The position numbers and the translations under genes are program-made. Shown here one piece after another: positions 38,657 to 52,544 of a DNA stretch of 62,000 bases; position 1 is the stretch's first letter, and the number at the start of each line of letters is the position of its first letter. The DNA is from Octopus vulgaris (taxonomy: Eukaryota), in NCBI GenBank assembly GCA_951406725.2, contig OX597817.1, forward strand, positions 117,882,001 through 117,944,000, given 5' to 3'. Below the pieces are notes generated by a model that saw only the letters and a program-made list of their open reading frames with translations, had not been told where the DNA came from and did no database searches.

Positions 38657-38774
38657 GGAAGGGGAGGGAATAAACTACTGCATTAACTTGCTATACAAGC
38701 AGGTAATAATTTTATCGTGCACTTATTCTTTGTGCAATTTTTGAAGAGTGCAGTTGTTTTTTAAAGCTATAATG

Positions 38775-39430
38775 GGAGTAGCAAATGCCTATTTTGCTTT
38801 ATGAATTCAATAAAGGCAACAACGCCAGGGAGGTGCGAGGAATATTAATGCAGTATATGGAGATCGGATAATAAGCGTAAGAAAATATCAGCGGTGGTTT
38901 CAGAAATCCCGAGCCGGAAACTACAGCCTAAAATACCTGCAGACTCTGGTGGGACGCCTGCAGACTCTGGTGGGGAAAAAAACCCCATCCTAAATGTTTA
39001 GGAACTAGCAGAGAAGCTTGGATTTGGACATTCAACCATTCAACGATACCAGCACTAGAAGAAAAAAAAAACATCTTTGGTTTCAAGACGAGGATGACAT
39101 TCCGAAGGCTGGAGCAGTTTGAATGGGAAACAATGCCCCACCCACCATATTCCCCAGACGTTGCCCCATCTGATTATAATTTATTCTGCGGTCTTCAAAA
39201 GTATTCGGACAGGAAAAACATGAATTTTGTAGACAAAGTCAGAACAGAACTGGAGGAGTATTTTTTGTCACGGACAAGTGAATTTTGGAAGGGGGCCTTG
39301 CAAGTCTACCAGATAGCAGGGCATTGTAAAAGATGAAGTAAAGTATATTTTAGATTAAAAAGAACTTTGCCTTAATTTTGATAAGAAGAAGTCTTATTAA
39401 AATATCGCATTATTTATGGGCTAACTTAAA
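38775..39430 (+). mobile_element. Internally deleted mariner transposon remnant
   Basis: N-terminal LYEFNKGNNA..NINAVYGDR..SVR..QRWF and C-terminal WETMPHPPYSPDVAPSDYNLF. The end ...CGCATTATTTATGGGCTAACTTAAA is TIR-like. The 5' TIR is not seen. Confidence 0.9.
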
Positions 39431-39763
39431 TTTGTACGCACACATACGCAGGGATACACACACAGACACTCACACATATACAAACCACCCACATCCACAT
39501 ACATAAATACATACATACATTCGTATATATATATACATACACAAATATGTAGAGCGCTGAAATGTTCCTGTCTTTGGGTAAAAGAAAATAGAGAAGTATC
39601 AGTTGATTATGATTTTATTCAAAATATTCCCCTCGCTGATCTACACACTTACTGCAGCGGTCGTTCAGTTATTCTAAGCCCTGCAAAAGAACTCGATATT
39701 TTGAGACTCCAAGGCCTTTTGCGCTACTCTTTTCAGCAAAGAACCATGTCGTATACGTACTTA

Positions 39764-39849
<86 letters not shown>

Positions 39850-42767
39850 CATCTAGAGAAGGAATGAGGCAACGAGAGAAATTAACTGTTAGTTTACTAT
39901 CTATTCGTATATATATTTCCAGCACACATTAACCTTATATTCGTTTTCTGAACGTGACTACATTAAATGCAACTGTAAAATGTTACACGTTTCCTATGGA
40001 GAATTATTTGCAGCATGAACTATTATCATACACATTCACACTGTAGATAAAGTGGGAATATATATGTATGTGAATAGTTCACCCAAGTATATGCGGGTAT
40101 ACACGCACACACACAGACACACACATATATATTCTGTAAATAGCACTATATGAAAAATATCTATTTTCTTAAATTATTATATGGTGAGTGATAAAGTGGC
40201 TTTGGACACTGATGTAAAAATATAACTAAACTTATTAAATATTGTAATATACATTGCTAAGATTTCATTAATATTCTACTCTTGCTTCTAAAAACGATCA
40301 AACTAAATATATCTACTTAGAAGCAAAACATACGCGTATGTCAGAAGACATATAAGATTCCATGCATGATGTATGAAGACTGAATCATATATTAAGGGCA
40401 ATTTTGAAAGTAATCAACTAATCTGATAAATTTTTGTATGAAGAAAATACGGTATGTTGACGGATTTATTAAATATGCATTGAATAAAAGTTGTCACGAG
40501 GATTTATCAGTGGTGTTTATGATTTCATTTTTCATTAAGATGCATACAAACTTAAGCGATTGAGTCACTTAGGCGACATCTCACAAACTATGCCACACTT
40601 TCAAGAGGAGAAGAAAAACTAACAGTAAAATTCACTTGTAATTACTTAGATAAGATACTAAAAGCGAAATTCAAAAAGGAAAAAATATATTCGTGCATAT
40701 ACAGCAATAAATGGCTTATAATAACATCAATTTGGAAATCAGAGATTCGTTTCGAAAGCAAATGAAACGTTTGTGGTTAGCAAGTTATTAAATTTATAAC
40801 ATTTGCAAGGGCTTCTGCACTTATAAATCACAATTGTTTATCATTAATGTTCACTTCATTTTTGTATACAAAATAAATTTCATCACAGTGATCTTCGAGG
40901 AATATTATTTATCCCTGCCGCAGTCCTATAACGTTTAGATTATCATCAGAAATTAACATTACAAATACTAATTTAATGAAATGATGCTCAGATTAGTTTC
41001 TGGAGATGCGTTTAATAAATTTGAAATGTTTTATTCTTTATAACAAGCAGTTAGCCTCTAACACATAGGGGGACAATACAAGGACAGACACACTACCACA
41101 ATGGGGACAAAAACATAAAACGGATGAGATTAAATAAAATTAACGATAATGCATTGAGCTCCACTGTTTTAAAACGTTTTTACCTACAGTTTTTAATAGT
41201 TTTCTTTTTCCACTTTTTCTCTCTATAAGCATCATATTTATATTCTATTGTTTTAACATTTACTTACTTTTTTTGAAGTTATTACATGTTCTAATACTTT
41301 GTATTCCACAACTGGTGGCAGTTCATCAAATTTTACTTCTGCACCGAGTGGGCCAATTTCGTTTACAAATAAATTCCTCAGCTTATCCACATATGTATTA
41401 AACCAGGAAGAAGTTGTTGTTCCTTTTAATTATTTATATTCTAATATAATGATTCCGTGTTCATAAGTTATATACTGTGCAGTAGTTAAATCTTGGTTTA
41501 TGAAGATTCATTTATATATCACAAAGATTTGTCCGCAGAATGACCACTGTGCACCAACCAGTAATACCACAGTGTAACAAAATCGTAGAAAGTGAAAGAG
41601 TGAGGATGATGGAAGAATTAAAATTGGCATCAATAAGGATTCTGCTATTTTGGTTCAGTTTTTATTCTATAGGAGCTAATAAAATATGGAGTTCATTTGT
41701 TCTTACTTAGTATGTCTGCTAATTCAGAACATATACTTTATTTATGATTTACATTTTGAATTAAATATTTATATATAATATTATCGCCTTTGAGAATGCA
41801 TTACTGAAATATTAATACAATTATATAATATTATCAGTAACAAATGGTTGGCAAATAAGAGATTACTAAGTACATTTTAATAAATATTTTGTATGATTGT
41901 GTTAAAATATCTGAGTTAATCAGTAATCCAAGTGCTTATATTTTTGATCAGCATATTACAAGCTAAATGCCATATGACATTCTATTATAAATAATGTGAT
42001 AAAATTAAATAAAAATATTGAGGTGCAATGAGTTCACGCCTTTAAGAGAAGACTAATGTTTCCATTATTCGTGCGAAATATCAGGAAATAATTTGTTTTG
42101 TATAATTCATTGCTGAAAGGAAAACGAGAGATACAATGTAATGCTTTAACAATAGACCTGCAAAACATAAATTGTAATTTGAAATAGTTATTACTTGCTT
42201 ATTAAACCTTAATTTAGGGAATACAATGTTACCTAGAGGGATGAGGCAGTGCAAAACGTAAGTTCATTTCTATTAGATATCTTTAGACCTTTTACCACAT
42301 GATATTTTCCGTTTGTGTCTTTTATTATAAAATAACGCATATGAAGACTCGAATCAATCGTGATACTATCGACTGGTCCACTGAAAAGATATGTTAAGCT
42401 GGAATCTCTATAATATAAATGAAATTGTAATGTTAATGTATTGAATGTGCGTCTATATTAAGTTGGCTTCATGATTTTTTTTATTCTTATTTGGAAATTA
42501 CTAAGTGCCTATTGATAGAATATTCTGCGCATGATATAAGTACGATGAATCAAAGGTAATCGCACAAATCTTGATATGAATTTTTAACCTAATTTAAATG
42601 TTGGTGCTCATTAAACTAAAATTAAGAAGTATGCAGCAGACACACGAAAACACTGGCGCATAAAGGTACACACACACACAAACACACACACATATATATA
42701 TTTGTGTACGTATGTACGTATTTATATATGCGTGAGAGTGTGAGTGTGAGTGTGTGTGTATGTGCTC

Positions 42768-42807
<40 letters not shown>

Positions 42808-42918
42808 TAATGCAGAGTATACGCATGGGATTTCTGTGTGATTTCTTCATATTTGTATATTTACGTATACTAATGTACAGTTTATACACGCTCACAGACA
42901 TACGCACACACACACGCT

Positions 42919-42952
<34 letters not shown>

Positions 42953-42958
42953 CGTATG

Positions 42959-43001
<43 letters not shown>

Positions 43002-43433
43002 ATGTATGTATGTATATGAATGTCTAAAGAGGAAGCAATACCAAATATAGAAGAGAACGTGTTCATTACGTCGGCCGCAAGCCACTCAAAGTCATCAATA
43101 CATATCAAAACGGCATGCATTGTATTATAAACAATAGGATGAAAGTCATTATGACCTAATCCGTTATGACATACACTGAATAGTAAACAGGAATTTGAAA
43201 ACATACAATGCAGCTCACGCAGCTCTATTGTTAATCTCTGGTTTAAGACTTTTAATGAATTTCCTTCCAGAATATACGTACTTACGTATATTCTTCTATA
43301 TATACTTTTATGCACACACATGCTCACATGCCTATCTACAAATATATTATGTGTATACATTTATATATATACATATATATATATGCATGCATTTATACAT
43401 GTGTGTATGTATTTATCCACACATATACATGCG

Positions 43434-43480
<47 letters not shown>

Positions 43481-46145
43481 ATGTGTGTGCGTGTCTGTTT
43501 GTATTTTTGTATGTGTCTTGGTATGCGTTTTAGTGTCTGAGTGTGCATGTATGTGTGTGACACACTCAATCTATTTGTATAATATCTCTAACAATGTGAC
43601 TACTTGACAGGAATAGAATATCAGTCTTCTATCGGTAGGCAGCGAAAAACTGAAAGATTAATTAAAGAAACTTAATGGAAATTCCTTGAAAAGTGACATC
43701 CACGAGTAACCCATTAAGGATATAGAACCTTTGTGTACTGAGAAGACATTGACAAATTATTCTTGCTAATATATTTCTCAAACAACAATGCTTGACCATC
43801 AACTACTTGCTGTTATAGGAAGTATATTCCCGTGACTTGATCCCCCTTAGAATTCTTATGAAATTATTGTCCAAAGATTAAAATGTACGTTGATATTAAA
43901 TGCTGTGTTCGTTCAAGCGATTATAATGCGTAATATATTCTGCCCAGTAGGCCAGTTGAAGCTGTGATTTACACATGTCCTGTTGTTATACTTTTCACTA
44001 TACTGCTCTTACCCCTCCAATAACAGCCATCCAATGTCGAATGCAGGTTCGAGCGAGAAGCGATTAAAAATATGAACTACAAGAGCAATAATGTATCTGA
44101 ATGTCTCCCTATAACAATTTAAAAAGTCTCGTACGAAGTCGTTAAGTGCAGCTCAAAATTGATCATATAGAAAGAAATATATATATAAGTGTGTTTTAGA
44201 GCTACCTAACAATATGTCAGTTAATCTGTCTCTCTCTCCTTCTCTTTCTCCTTACTCCCTCTCTCCCTCTTTCTCCTGACTCCCCCCCCCTGTCTTGCAC
44301 TCATTCTTTAACCATTCTTTTTTCTGTAGTATACTGCTGTTCGAGACGAGTAACAGTCTGCAAAGCAGTCAATTTTAATGGCCTAAAATAGAATCCCATT
44401 GCCTTCCCTGTCAGCAGGAAAGTTTCTGATAACATTTCTTGTCAAAGTCCCTGAATTTCATTCTGTTATGAAAAGTCACAATTATTGTTTCCACTCACCA
44501 TTGTCACCAGCAATACCGACAATTTAAAAATGTAACTGAGATCTTGGAACTTTAATGGATTTGATTTCCTTCGAATATTAGCCCTTCCATTAGGTAAACT
44601 CTCCTGGCAAATTTAACCGCATAATATATGTTTAGGTTTTCTATTCCTTGGTTGATTGCACCACAGCGACACCCACCCATATGAATCGCTCTAATCTATT
44701 CCCTCAAGTACCTTGTATAGAAATGTATCTCACATTTCTGATTATTTACCATGAATTTACTACGTGCTTTAGCGTCAGACACAGAACATCTTCTGCAAAT
44801 GACACTGCATTTAATTGCTCCATAAAATTAGACTGATATAACAAAATTTTGATAATATATCCCATTCTTAATTAGCGGAATTTATAACGATTAACGGAAG
44901 TATGTGTGCTGTAAAGTCCAATAATATACATATGACTTTGCGATTAGAAGCATGATTCTTTTGCCTCTTTCAGCGTGACGAAATTTATATTAAATAATGC
45001 CATATTTGTATAAGTAGTTATAATATTTTTGGATGCAATACTGTTCAACAATCTTCATAAAAGTTACATATCATGTTGATATACAAAGAGGCATAACGAC
45101 CTACGGTTTGTGACGAAGAGGTAGTCATAGTATATGGTATAACAAAATAAAAGAAGAAAAACAAAACTAGCAGTTTGTTAATCATTAGCTACGCATCCCA
45201 AAATATACGGTCACTATCTATTGGTTATTTTACCCAAGAGACTATTGGAGAAAATGATAGACATTGGGAAATAAGTTAGAAAGAAACAACTTTTACGTAA
45301 TTCATAAGGAATTGAGAGTTACATATCATGTTGATATCAGACCGAAACAGGTTTGATGTTGATAAACGCAATTGTTGCAGATGTTCGATCCACTTCAGTA
45401 TGAATTTCCATTGAAGATTATCTCAATCGCATGGTAACAGACTGACATTTTTCATACTAAAATTATAAATATGTGTATGTGAACATTTGCTTATTTGTTT
45501 TAGGTGGAAGTATGACAACATATTAAGAAATACATTGTTTATATGTACGTACTTATAAAGTAGAATATCCCATTATCTCTGAGGCTGTTTCAAAGCAGGA
45601 TATTTTCTCATATACTGCCTCACAAGTGATGCAAACGCACACGTATTTGAGTCTTGTTTCACTTGGTGTGCTGCCGTAACGCTTGATATATAAAATACTT
45701 TGAAAATACTAACGTAAATTACTCAAACAAGCAAAGTATGTCTCAAATGTGATGTGTTTGTCAATTTGCAGCGAGTAGAGACAATCATTGCACATGTCTT
45801 CATGAGAGTGTTTCATCTACAAGAAAGTTCATTAGATCAGAAAGATATTTACAGAGTTATTAATAATTAGAAGGGGCGAGCATTGCCTATAATGTATATA
45901 TATTTAACAACAAGGAAATTAGAAGTAATTTTTACGGTGACATAAAACATGTTAGAATGCAGTACTAAAGTCACATGACTATAGAGAAAGCGTGAATCAT
46001 AAACTGGTTCATAGTGTCCCTTTCATCTTCTAAACGAAGAAAACATTTCCCCGGTTCAGTGTGACCTGGATATTATATTTACGCATAAACATATAAATTT
46101 TTATTTGTGGACATATATCTGTGTAGGTGTGTGCAGGTATATATA

Positions 46146-46187
<42 letters not shown>

Positions 46188-46246
46188 CAACATGTATATA
46201 TGTATATACATACATATATGTACATTTGTATACATACATACATTCA

Positions 46247-46290
<44 letters not shown>

Positions 46291-46367
46291 TACATACATT
46301 ATAAATATATATATATATGTTCATATATATGTATACATTCGCACCGAAAGCATATATATATATATAT

Positions 46368-46406
<39 letters not shown>

Positions 46407-47084
46407 CTTATACAATAAATATGAATCGTGTGTGTGGATGTGTGTATATCTTGCTTCTTTGTAAATGTGATATCCGTTTAAGCATACATAAACTTATATT
46501 TCATATTATTGTTTATCGATATTCCTCAGTGTGTTTACAGTATTTTAATATCTGGAGGAGGAAAGAAGGATTTGAATTCAGGAGTGAAATATAGCTCATA
46601 ACTGTAAAATGTAAGATCCGGTATTACTTCATAATTTTCCTCCGAAATTCCTAACCCTATCATTAAAGAGGAGTAGAAATGAGATATCAGCAACTCTTAA
46701 TGTTCTCCCAAACAGCATTATTGACGTAATATCATTATCAACCATCCCATTTCAATTATTTGAGATGAAATATTCATCACGAGAAATTGAATCACATTTT
46801 CGTATATCTCTGATATTTAAAATATCTCCGTTAATATTTGATATGTGCATCTAATACCGTAAACTGACTTCAATGATTTGAAAATGTGGTTTTAGCGCTT
46901 AATATATATGAGGTCATTTTTCCATTATAAATGTCCAAAGTATCTGAGAATTCACAGTGTACGGCAGGACAAAATATTTTAGTTAGCGATTCGGTAAACA
47001 CCTTGTATATGTTGAGAAATTCGAAGAGGGCGACAGTTTTCCATCATTTCAATAAGACGTGTAATATTAATATAATAGGTAAAA

Positions 47085-47290
47085 CGCCGAGCTGGCAGAA
47101 TCGTTAGCATGCCGGACAATATACTAAATGGTATTTCGTCTCTCTTTATATTCTGAGTTCAAATTTCGCCGAGGTTGAATTTACCTTTCATCCTTTCGAG
47201 CAATGGGATCGATGTAATCGACTTGCTCCTCCCCAATTTGGTAATCTTGAGCCAAAATTTGAAACCAAGATTCATATAGTAGCAACGTAC
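47085..47290 (+). mobile_element. tRNA-derived SINE
   Basis: GAGCTGGCAGAATCGTTAG (A-box-like) and CTGAGTTCAAATTTCGCCGAGG (B box), followed by TTTCATCCTTTCG. Confidence 0.8.
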
Positions 47291-48952
47291 AATCTAGTGT
47301 ACAACATTTATTCAATAATGACCTAATACCCAACCAAGGCATATTTGTCTCATCAAATAATTCGTAAATTAAAATTTTGCTCACAAGATCGTAAAGAAAA
47401 AAGAGAAATATTATATTTCTAAGGGGTAAATACTATCCAAGTCAACTTTTATTCAAGCACATTTTTCATATAACAAAATTAGAAAAGTAATGCATGTTCA
47501 CGGTATAAAAAATTATCTTCTTCCTTAACATTTGCTACAGATCGTTGATCACACTATGATTTTACACAATTAAAAGTCCAATAACCATAAGCAAGATATT
47601 GTAGATCAGCAAAATCGATTTTTTAAAATAATACTTCGAATTTCCTTCCTATTACGCTGTATTTCCATACGTTATTCATGTGATCACTTCCATAGTAAAT
47701 CAATATTTATTACTTTACTTTAAACATTTTCTAATATACCATCTGCGGGGTATAACAGAAATATTGCTATTATCATTTCGTAAATTAATGTCTTATTACA
47801 CATTAAAAATGGAAAAAAATCACTACTTTTTACATTAGAAACTTTTTCGTATAAAGTTCATTATGTATCAATTTCAAAAACGTTTAACTAATCTATTTTT
47901 TATACCATGCAAATTTTCTTTTGCTCAGTGTGTAAATCATTAATAATTAATACATCAAATATTTACACCAATAATTTGTTTTTCTCCTTTTAATACATTT
48001 GCGTCGCTGGATGTAGCACTCCAGCAGAACAATGACTGGTTTACAGCACAAATTAATTATATTTTCTGAAAAATATGTAGAAACGTTTATTATTTTGGAA
48101 GCCCTTCCTAATAATTGATTCAAAATGTTTTGGAAGGAATATTTCAAAATATCCATTTTTTGCTTCATAAACAGAATAGTGTTTTCTTAAACTTTAATTT
48201 AACTCACACAGAGAATAAACTTGGTTAAAAGACATCGGAAAAATGTTATTTTAAAGCAAGAAACGAGAAAGAGGACAATGAAATTATTCCCCTATCATAT
48301 CTTATCAAACAACAAGAAATGCCAATTGCCGATTGGTTAATTTCATAAATAGTAAAGAAAGGAAATTTCTACGTAAAACTGAAAAAAAACATATTATTGA
48401 AAATTTTCCATTCGAATAATAGCACTAAATCTAATTTTGGTAAAGAAATGAAATCAAGACTTCAATGGGATTCCTCATTAAATTTTCGTTCAAGTTATGA
48501 TTACCCTTTACACTCAAGATTGATATTAATATTTACATATTATTGTATCGAAAGCAGCATAACTAGAAATTCTAAAATTCCGCAATAATATATCGTAAAG
48601 TTTGTGATATCAGAAGAAATGTCGGAAGTTTTCTATATATTTCCTAGATTTGATTATATAAAAGCGGAACATCAGGTCTGACTGTGAATATTCTTGTTTT
48701 CCTTTCAGCAAGTAACATTCAGTGGCAAAAGCTCGATATTTTAGGAACTAATGGCAAAATCTTTTGAGAAATTATTTAGTAGCAGTAAAACAATCTATTC
48801 GGTTCTGTACCCAAGCTGCGAAGAAATAATAGTTTTCAAAATTACGAGAGAAAGGTAAAACAAAAACAAAAAAAAAACGTCATAGCCTGCTTTATCTCGT
48901 ACATATTTTTGATGGAAGCAAAACGAATTTGTCTGGAATGTATGTCTGTGTG

Positions 48953-48991
<39 letters not shown>

Positions 48992-49061
48992 TTCATTCTC
49001 TCTCTAGCATTCTCTGTATCAGTCTTTTTTGCACATATGGACACAGTCGTATGTATATATA

Positions 49062-49106
<45 letters not shown>

Positions 49107-49446
49107 ACGTAGAGACACATACAAAGAACACATTCCTTGCACAAATGCAGGACAATGCAGGGGAGGTAACAATTGAGGGTTCCTTATAATTTACCTCCCA
49201 CTTTGTGTATGTTCATATATTTTTCATGAAATCCCGTAGAGCTCCGTATTAACGCGAGTATTCTCACTAAAATGAAGGCGTGTACCGAAAATCCAAACGT
49301 GAAATCTTGAAAATGTAACCGGAAGGAGATCTCTCCCTACATGAAAACACCCGTTGACTTCTAAACTTATAAGTAAAGGTTATTTATCTATTAATGTGGT
49401 GTTGAGTACTAGCTCACCGTGTTGGATATTAGTGTACGTATATGCG

Positions 49447-49493
<47 letters not shown>

Positions 49494-49500
49494 ATATATA

Positions 49501-49549
<49 letters not shown>

Positions 49550-49724
49550 ATAAATATTAGGGAATAAATCCAAATTTACAGGGAAAAAATCAGATTTAGG
49601 ATTAAATCCAATTTTATTGTAAAATATTATATAATATTGTTAGAGACAAAACCACTATTTTGCAAAACAAACAAGGAAAGACTTAATCAATACATAAAAT
49701 TTTAATAAAAATTCAAAAAAACCG

Positions 49725-49767
49725 CCACTACAATTGTTTCTTGTCCTGATCGACAATCTTCAGGTGG
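49725..49767 (-). ncRNA. Canonical-core minimal type-I hammerhead ribozyme motif
   Basis: Minus strand reads CCAC-CUGAAGA-UUGUC(GAUCAG)GACAA-GAAA-CAAUUG-UA-GUGG. Confidence 0.9.
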
Positions 49768-51980
49768 ACTTCCAATCTAAAATATCAATATTTTAAAATA
49801 TAAAAATAATAATTTTATAATTTTAAAATAATTAAAGTATTAATGAAAAAATATAAATATATAATCTATATATAACCTATATATAATCCATATATAATCA
49901 ATATATAAACAATATATAAACTAAAATAAACCTATCAACAATTAAATATAAAACAAAACAAAAAATAAACCATATATACACCCATACACATATAACTAAT
50001 TATATATAACCATATCTAAATACATACACTAAATCACACACCTATATATATATCCCTATACATACACATAAAAACGTCTAGGCAACGATAAATAAATAAA
50101 ATAGCCAAATACTTCAACACAATACTTATTCATACTCCCGCACACACACATACAACCCACATTCCCGCTCTAGAAACGAACATCATTTAAAATTATGAAT
50201 GGAGAAATGGAATAAATGGAATTAAAAATTATATTCACTTGGTAAAACGAACATTACTTAAAAATTATGAATGAAATAATGTAATAAAATAACAGACATC
50301 GTAAATAGACAAATTACTACGAATTCTTTAATAAAACTACCATGATAAACTAAAACACATAAAAAACATATAATGATAAAATCTCCCTTTACTAAACTCT
50401 ATAACATACCTATATAGCAATCCCCCTAACCTAAACATTCACACACAAATACACACACGTAAACCACACACCCACGACATATACAAATACCCACCTCACT
50501 CACACATACCTATACATACATATAAACCTCAATATATACCCAAAAACCCATTCAACCCCATACAGATAAATAAACACATACATCCCCAAACCTATATAGC
50601 AAACCCATAAACACATTCACACACAAATATACATACGTAAAACACACACCATATACATATACATACTCACTAAACTCGATATATACAACAATATTAACAC
50701 ACCCACACTCATACAGATAAATAAATTATACAACTGAAATACGCACACACTCACACACAATCCCACATACATAAACACTCCAAAGAAAAACAACATTATT
50801 ACACATAATACGATATATAAAATACATCGTAAGTAACCAGAATATCAAAAATAACAATATGACATAAGGAGAAATAATATACATACTTTCAAGTCAGTTT
50901 CAAATTATGAAGTGAAATTAAATTCTAAGCCATTAAAAACGTCAAACCAAAATTACGTTACCATAGGAACCTAACATATGTATAAAAAGAATACGCGCTA
51001 TGGAGGCAAACGTCATTTAAAATTATGAATGGAGAAATAGAATAAATGGAATTAAAAATTATATTCACGCGGTAAACTAACATTATTTAAAAAAATTATG
51101 AATGGATTCTTTAATAAAACTACCATGATAAATTAAAACTCATAAAAACATAAATGATAAAACCTCCTTTACTAAACCCTATAACATACCTATATAGCAA
51201 TCCCTTTAACCTATACATTCACACACAAATACACACACGTAAACCACACACCCATAACAAATACAAATACCCACCTCATTCACACATACCTATAAGTACA
51301 TATAAGCCTCAACATGTACACCAAACAAAATTACGTTACCAAGGAACCTAACATATGTATAAAAAGTATTTTATCATTATATGTTTTTTATGAGTTTTAG
51401 TTTATCATGGTAGTTTTATTAAAGAATTCGTAGTAATTTGTCTATTTACGATGTCTGTTATTTTATTACATTATTTCATTCATAATTTTTAAGTAATGTT
51501 CGTTTTACCAAGTGAATATAATTTTTAATTCCATTTATTCCATTTCTCCATTCATAATTTTAAATGATGTTCGTTTCTAGAGCGGGAATGTGGGTTGTAT
51601 GTGTGTGAGGGAGTATGAATAAGTATTGTGTTGAAGTATTTGGCTATTTTATTTATTTATCGTTGCCTAGACGTTTTTATGTGTATGTAATGGGATATAT
51701 ATATAGGTGTGTGATTTAGTGTATGTATTTAGATATGGTTATATATAATTAGTTATATGTGTATGGGTGTATATATGGTTTATTTTTTGTTTTGTTTTAT
51801 ATTTAATTGTTGATAAGTTTATTTTAGTTTATATATTGTTTATATATTGATTATATATGGATTATATATAGGTTATATATAGATTATATATTTATATTTT
51901 TTCATTAATACTTTAATTATTTTAAAATTATAAAATTATTATTTTTATATTTTAAAATATTGATATTTTAGATTGGAAGT

Positions 51981-52023
51981 CCACCTGAAGATTGTCGATC
52001 AGGACAAGAAACAATTGTAGTGG
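51981..52023 (+). ncRNA. Canonical-core minimal type-I hammerhead ribozyme motif
   Basis: CCAC 51981-84, CTGAAGA 51985-91, TTGTC/GACAA stem II, GAAA 52008-11, palindrome ACAATTGT, A17 at 52019, GTGG 52020-23. Confidence 0.9.
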
Positions 52024-52108
52024 CGGTTCTTTTGAATTTTTATTAAAATTTTATGTATTGATTAAGTCTTTCCTTGTTTGTTTTGCAAAATAGTGGTTTT
52101 GTCTCTAA

Positions 52109-52166
<58 letters not shown>

Positions 52167-52223
52167 TATATATATATATGCATATATATGTATATATATA
52201 TGCATATATATATACAAATATAT

Positions 52224-52277
<54 letters not shown>

Positions 52278-52310
52278 TTTATTTAAAAGCGGGAGAAAAT
52301 TCAACAAAAC

Positions 52311-52348
52311 CTGTTACTCTGAGTTTCACGTTCCCGTTCGTCGGACAG
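52311..52348 (-). ncRNA. Minimal hammerhead-like motif, U4C variant (unit 1)
   Basis: Minus strand reads CUGU-CCGACGA-ACG(GGAA)CGU-GAAA-CUCAGAG-UA-ACAG. Stem I can extend via CAAAA/UUUUG. Confidence 0.75.
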
Positions 52349-52369
52349 TTTTTGCTAGTGTTTACTCCG

Positions 52370-52417
<48 letters not shown>

Positions 52418-52450
52418 TTTATTTAAAAGTTGCAGAAAATTCAACAAAGC

Positions 52451-52488
52451 CTGTTACTCTGAGTTTCACGTTCCCGTTCGTCGGACAG
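52451..52488 (-). ncRNA. Minimal hammerhead-like motif, U4C variant (unit 2)
   Basis: Identical to 52311-52348 over the motif. Confidence 0.75.
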
Positions 52489-52509
52489 TTTTTGCTAGTG
52501 TTTACTCCG

Positions 52510-52544
<35 letters not shown>

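Larger units (their letters stand above)
49556..52117. mobile_element. Non-coding foldback element (element C): ~750-bp near-identical inverted arms around a ~985-bp internally repetitive spacer, inserted in (AT)n; PLE pLTR-like
   Basis: 49631-50382 is the reverse complement of 51368-52117 with only a handful of mismatches. Each arm carries a canonical hammerhead. (AT)n lies on both flanks, and no RT or EN coding is seen. Confidence 0.9.
52277..52512 (-). repeat. Tandem pair of ~97-bp hammerhead-bearing units separated by (AT)n (period 140 bp; element D)
   Basis: 52277-52372 and 52417-52512 are nearly identical, and each is bounded by (AT)n. Confidence 0.9.
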
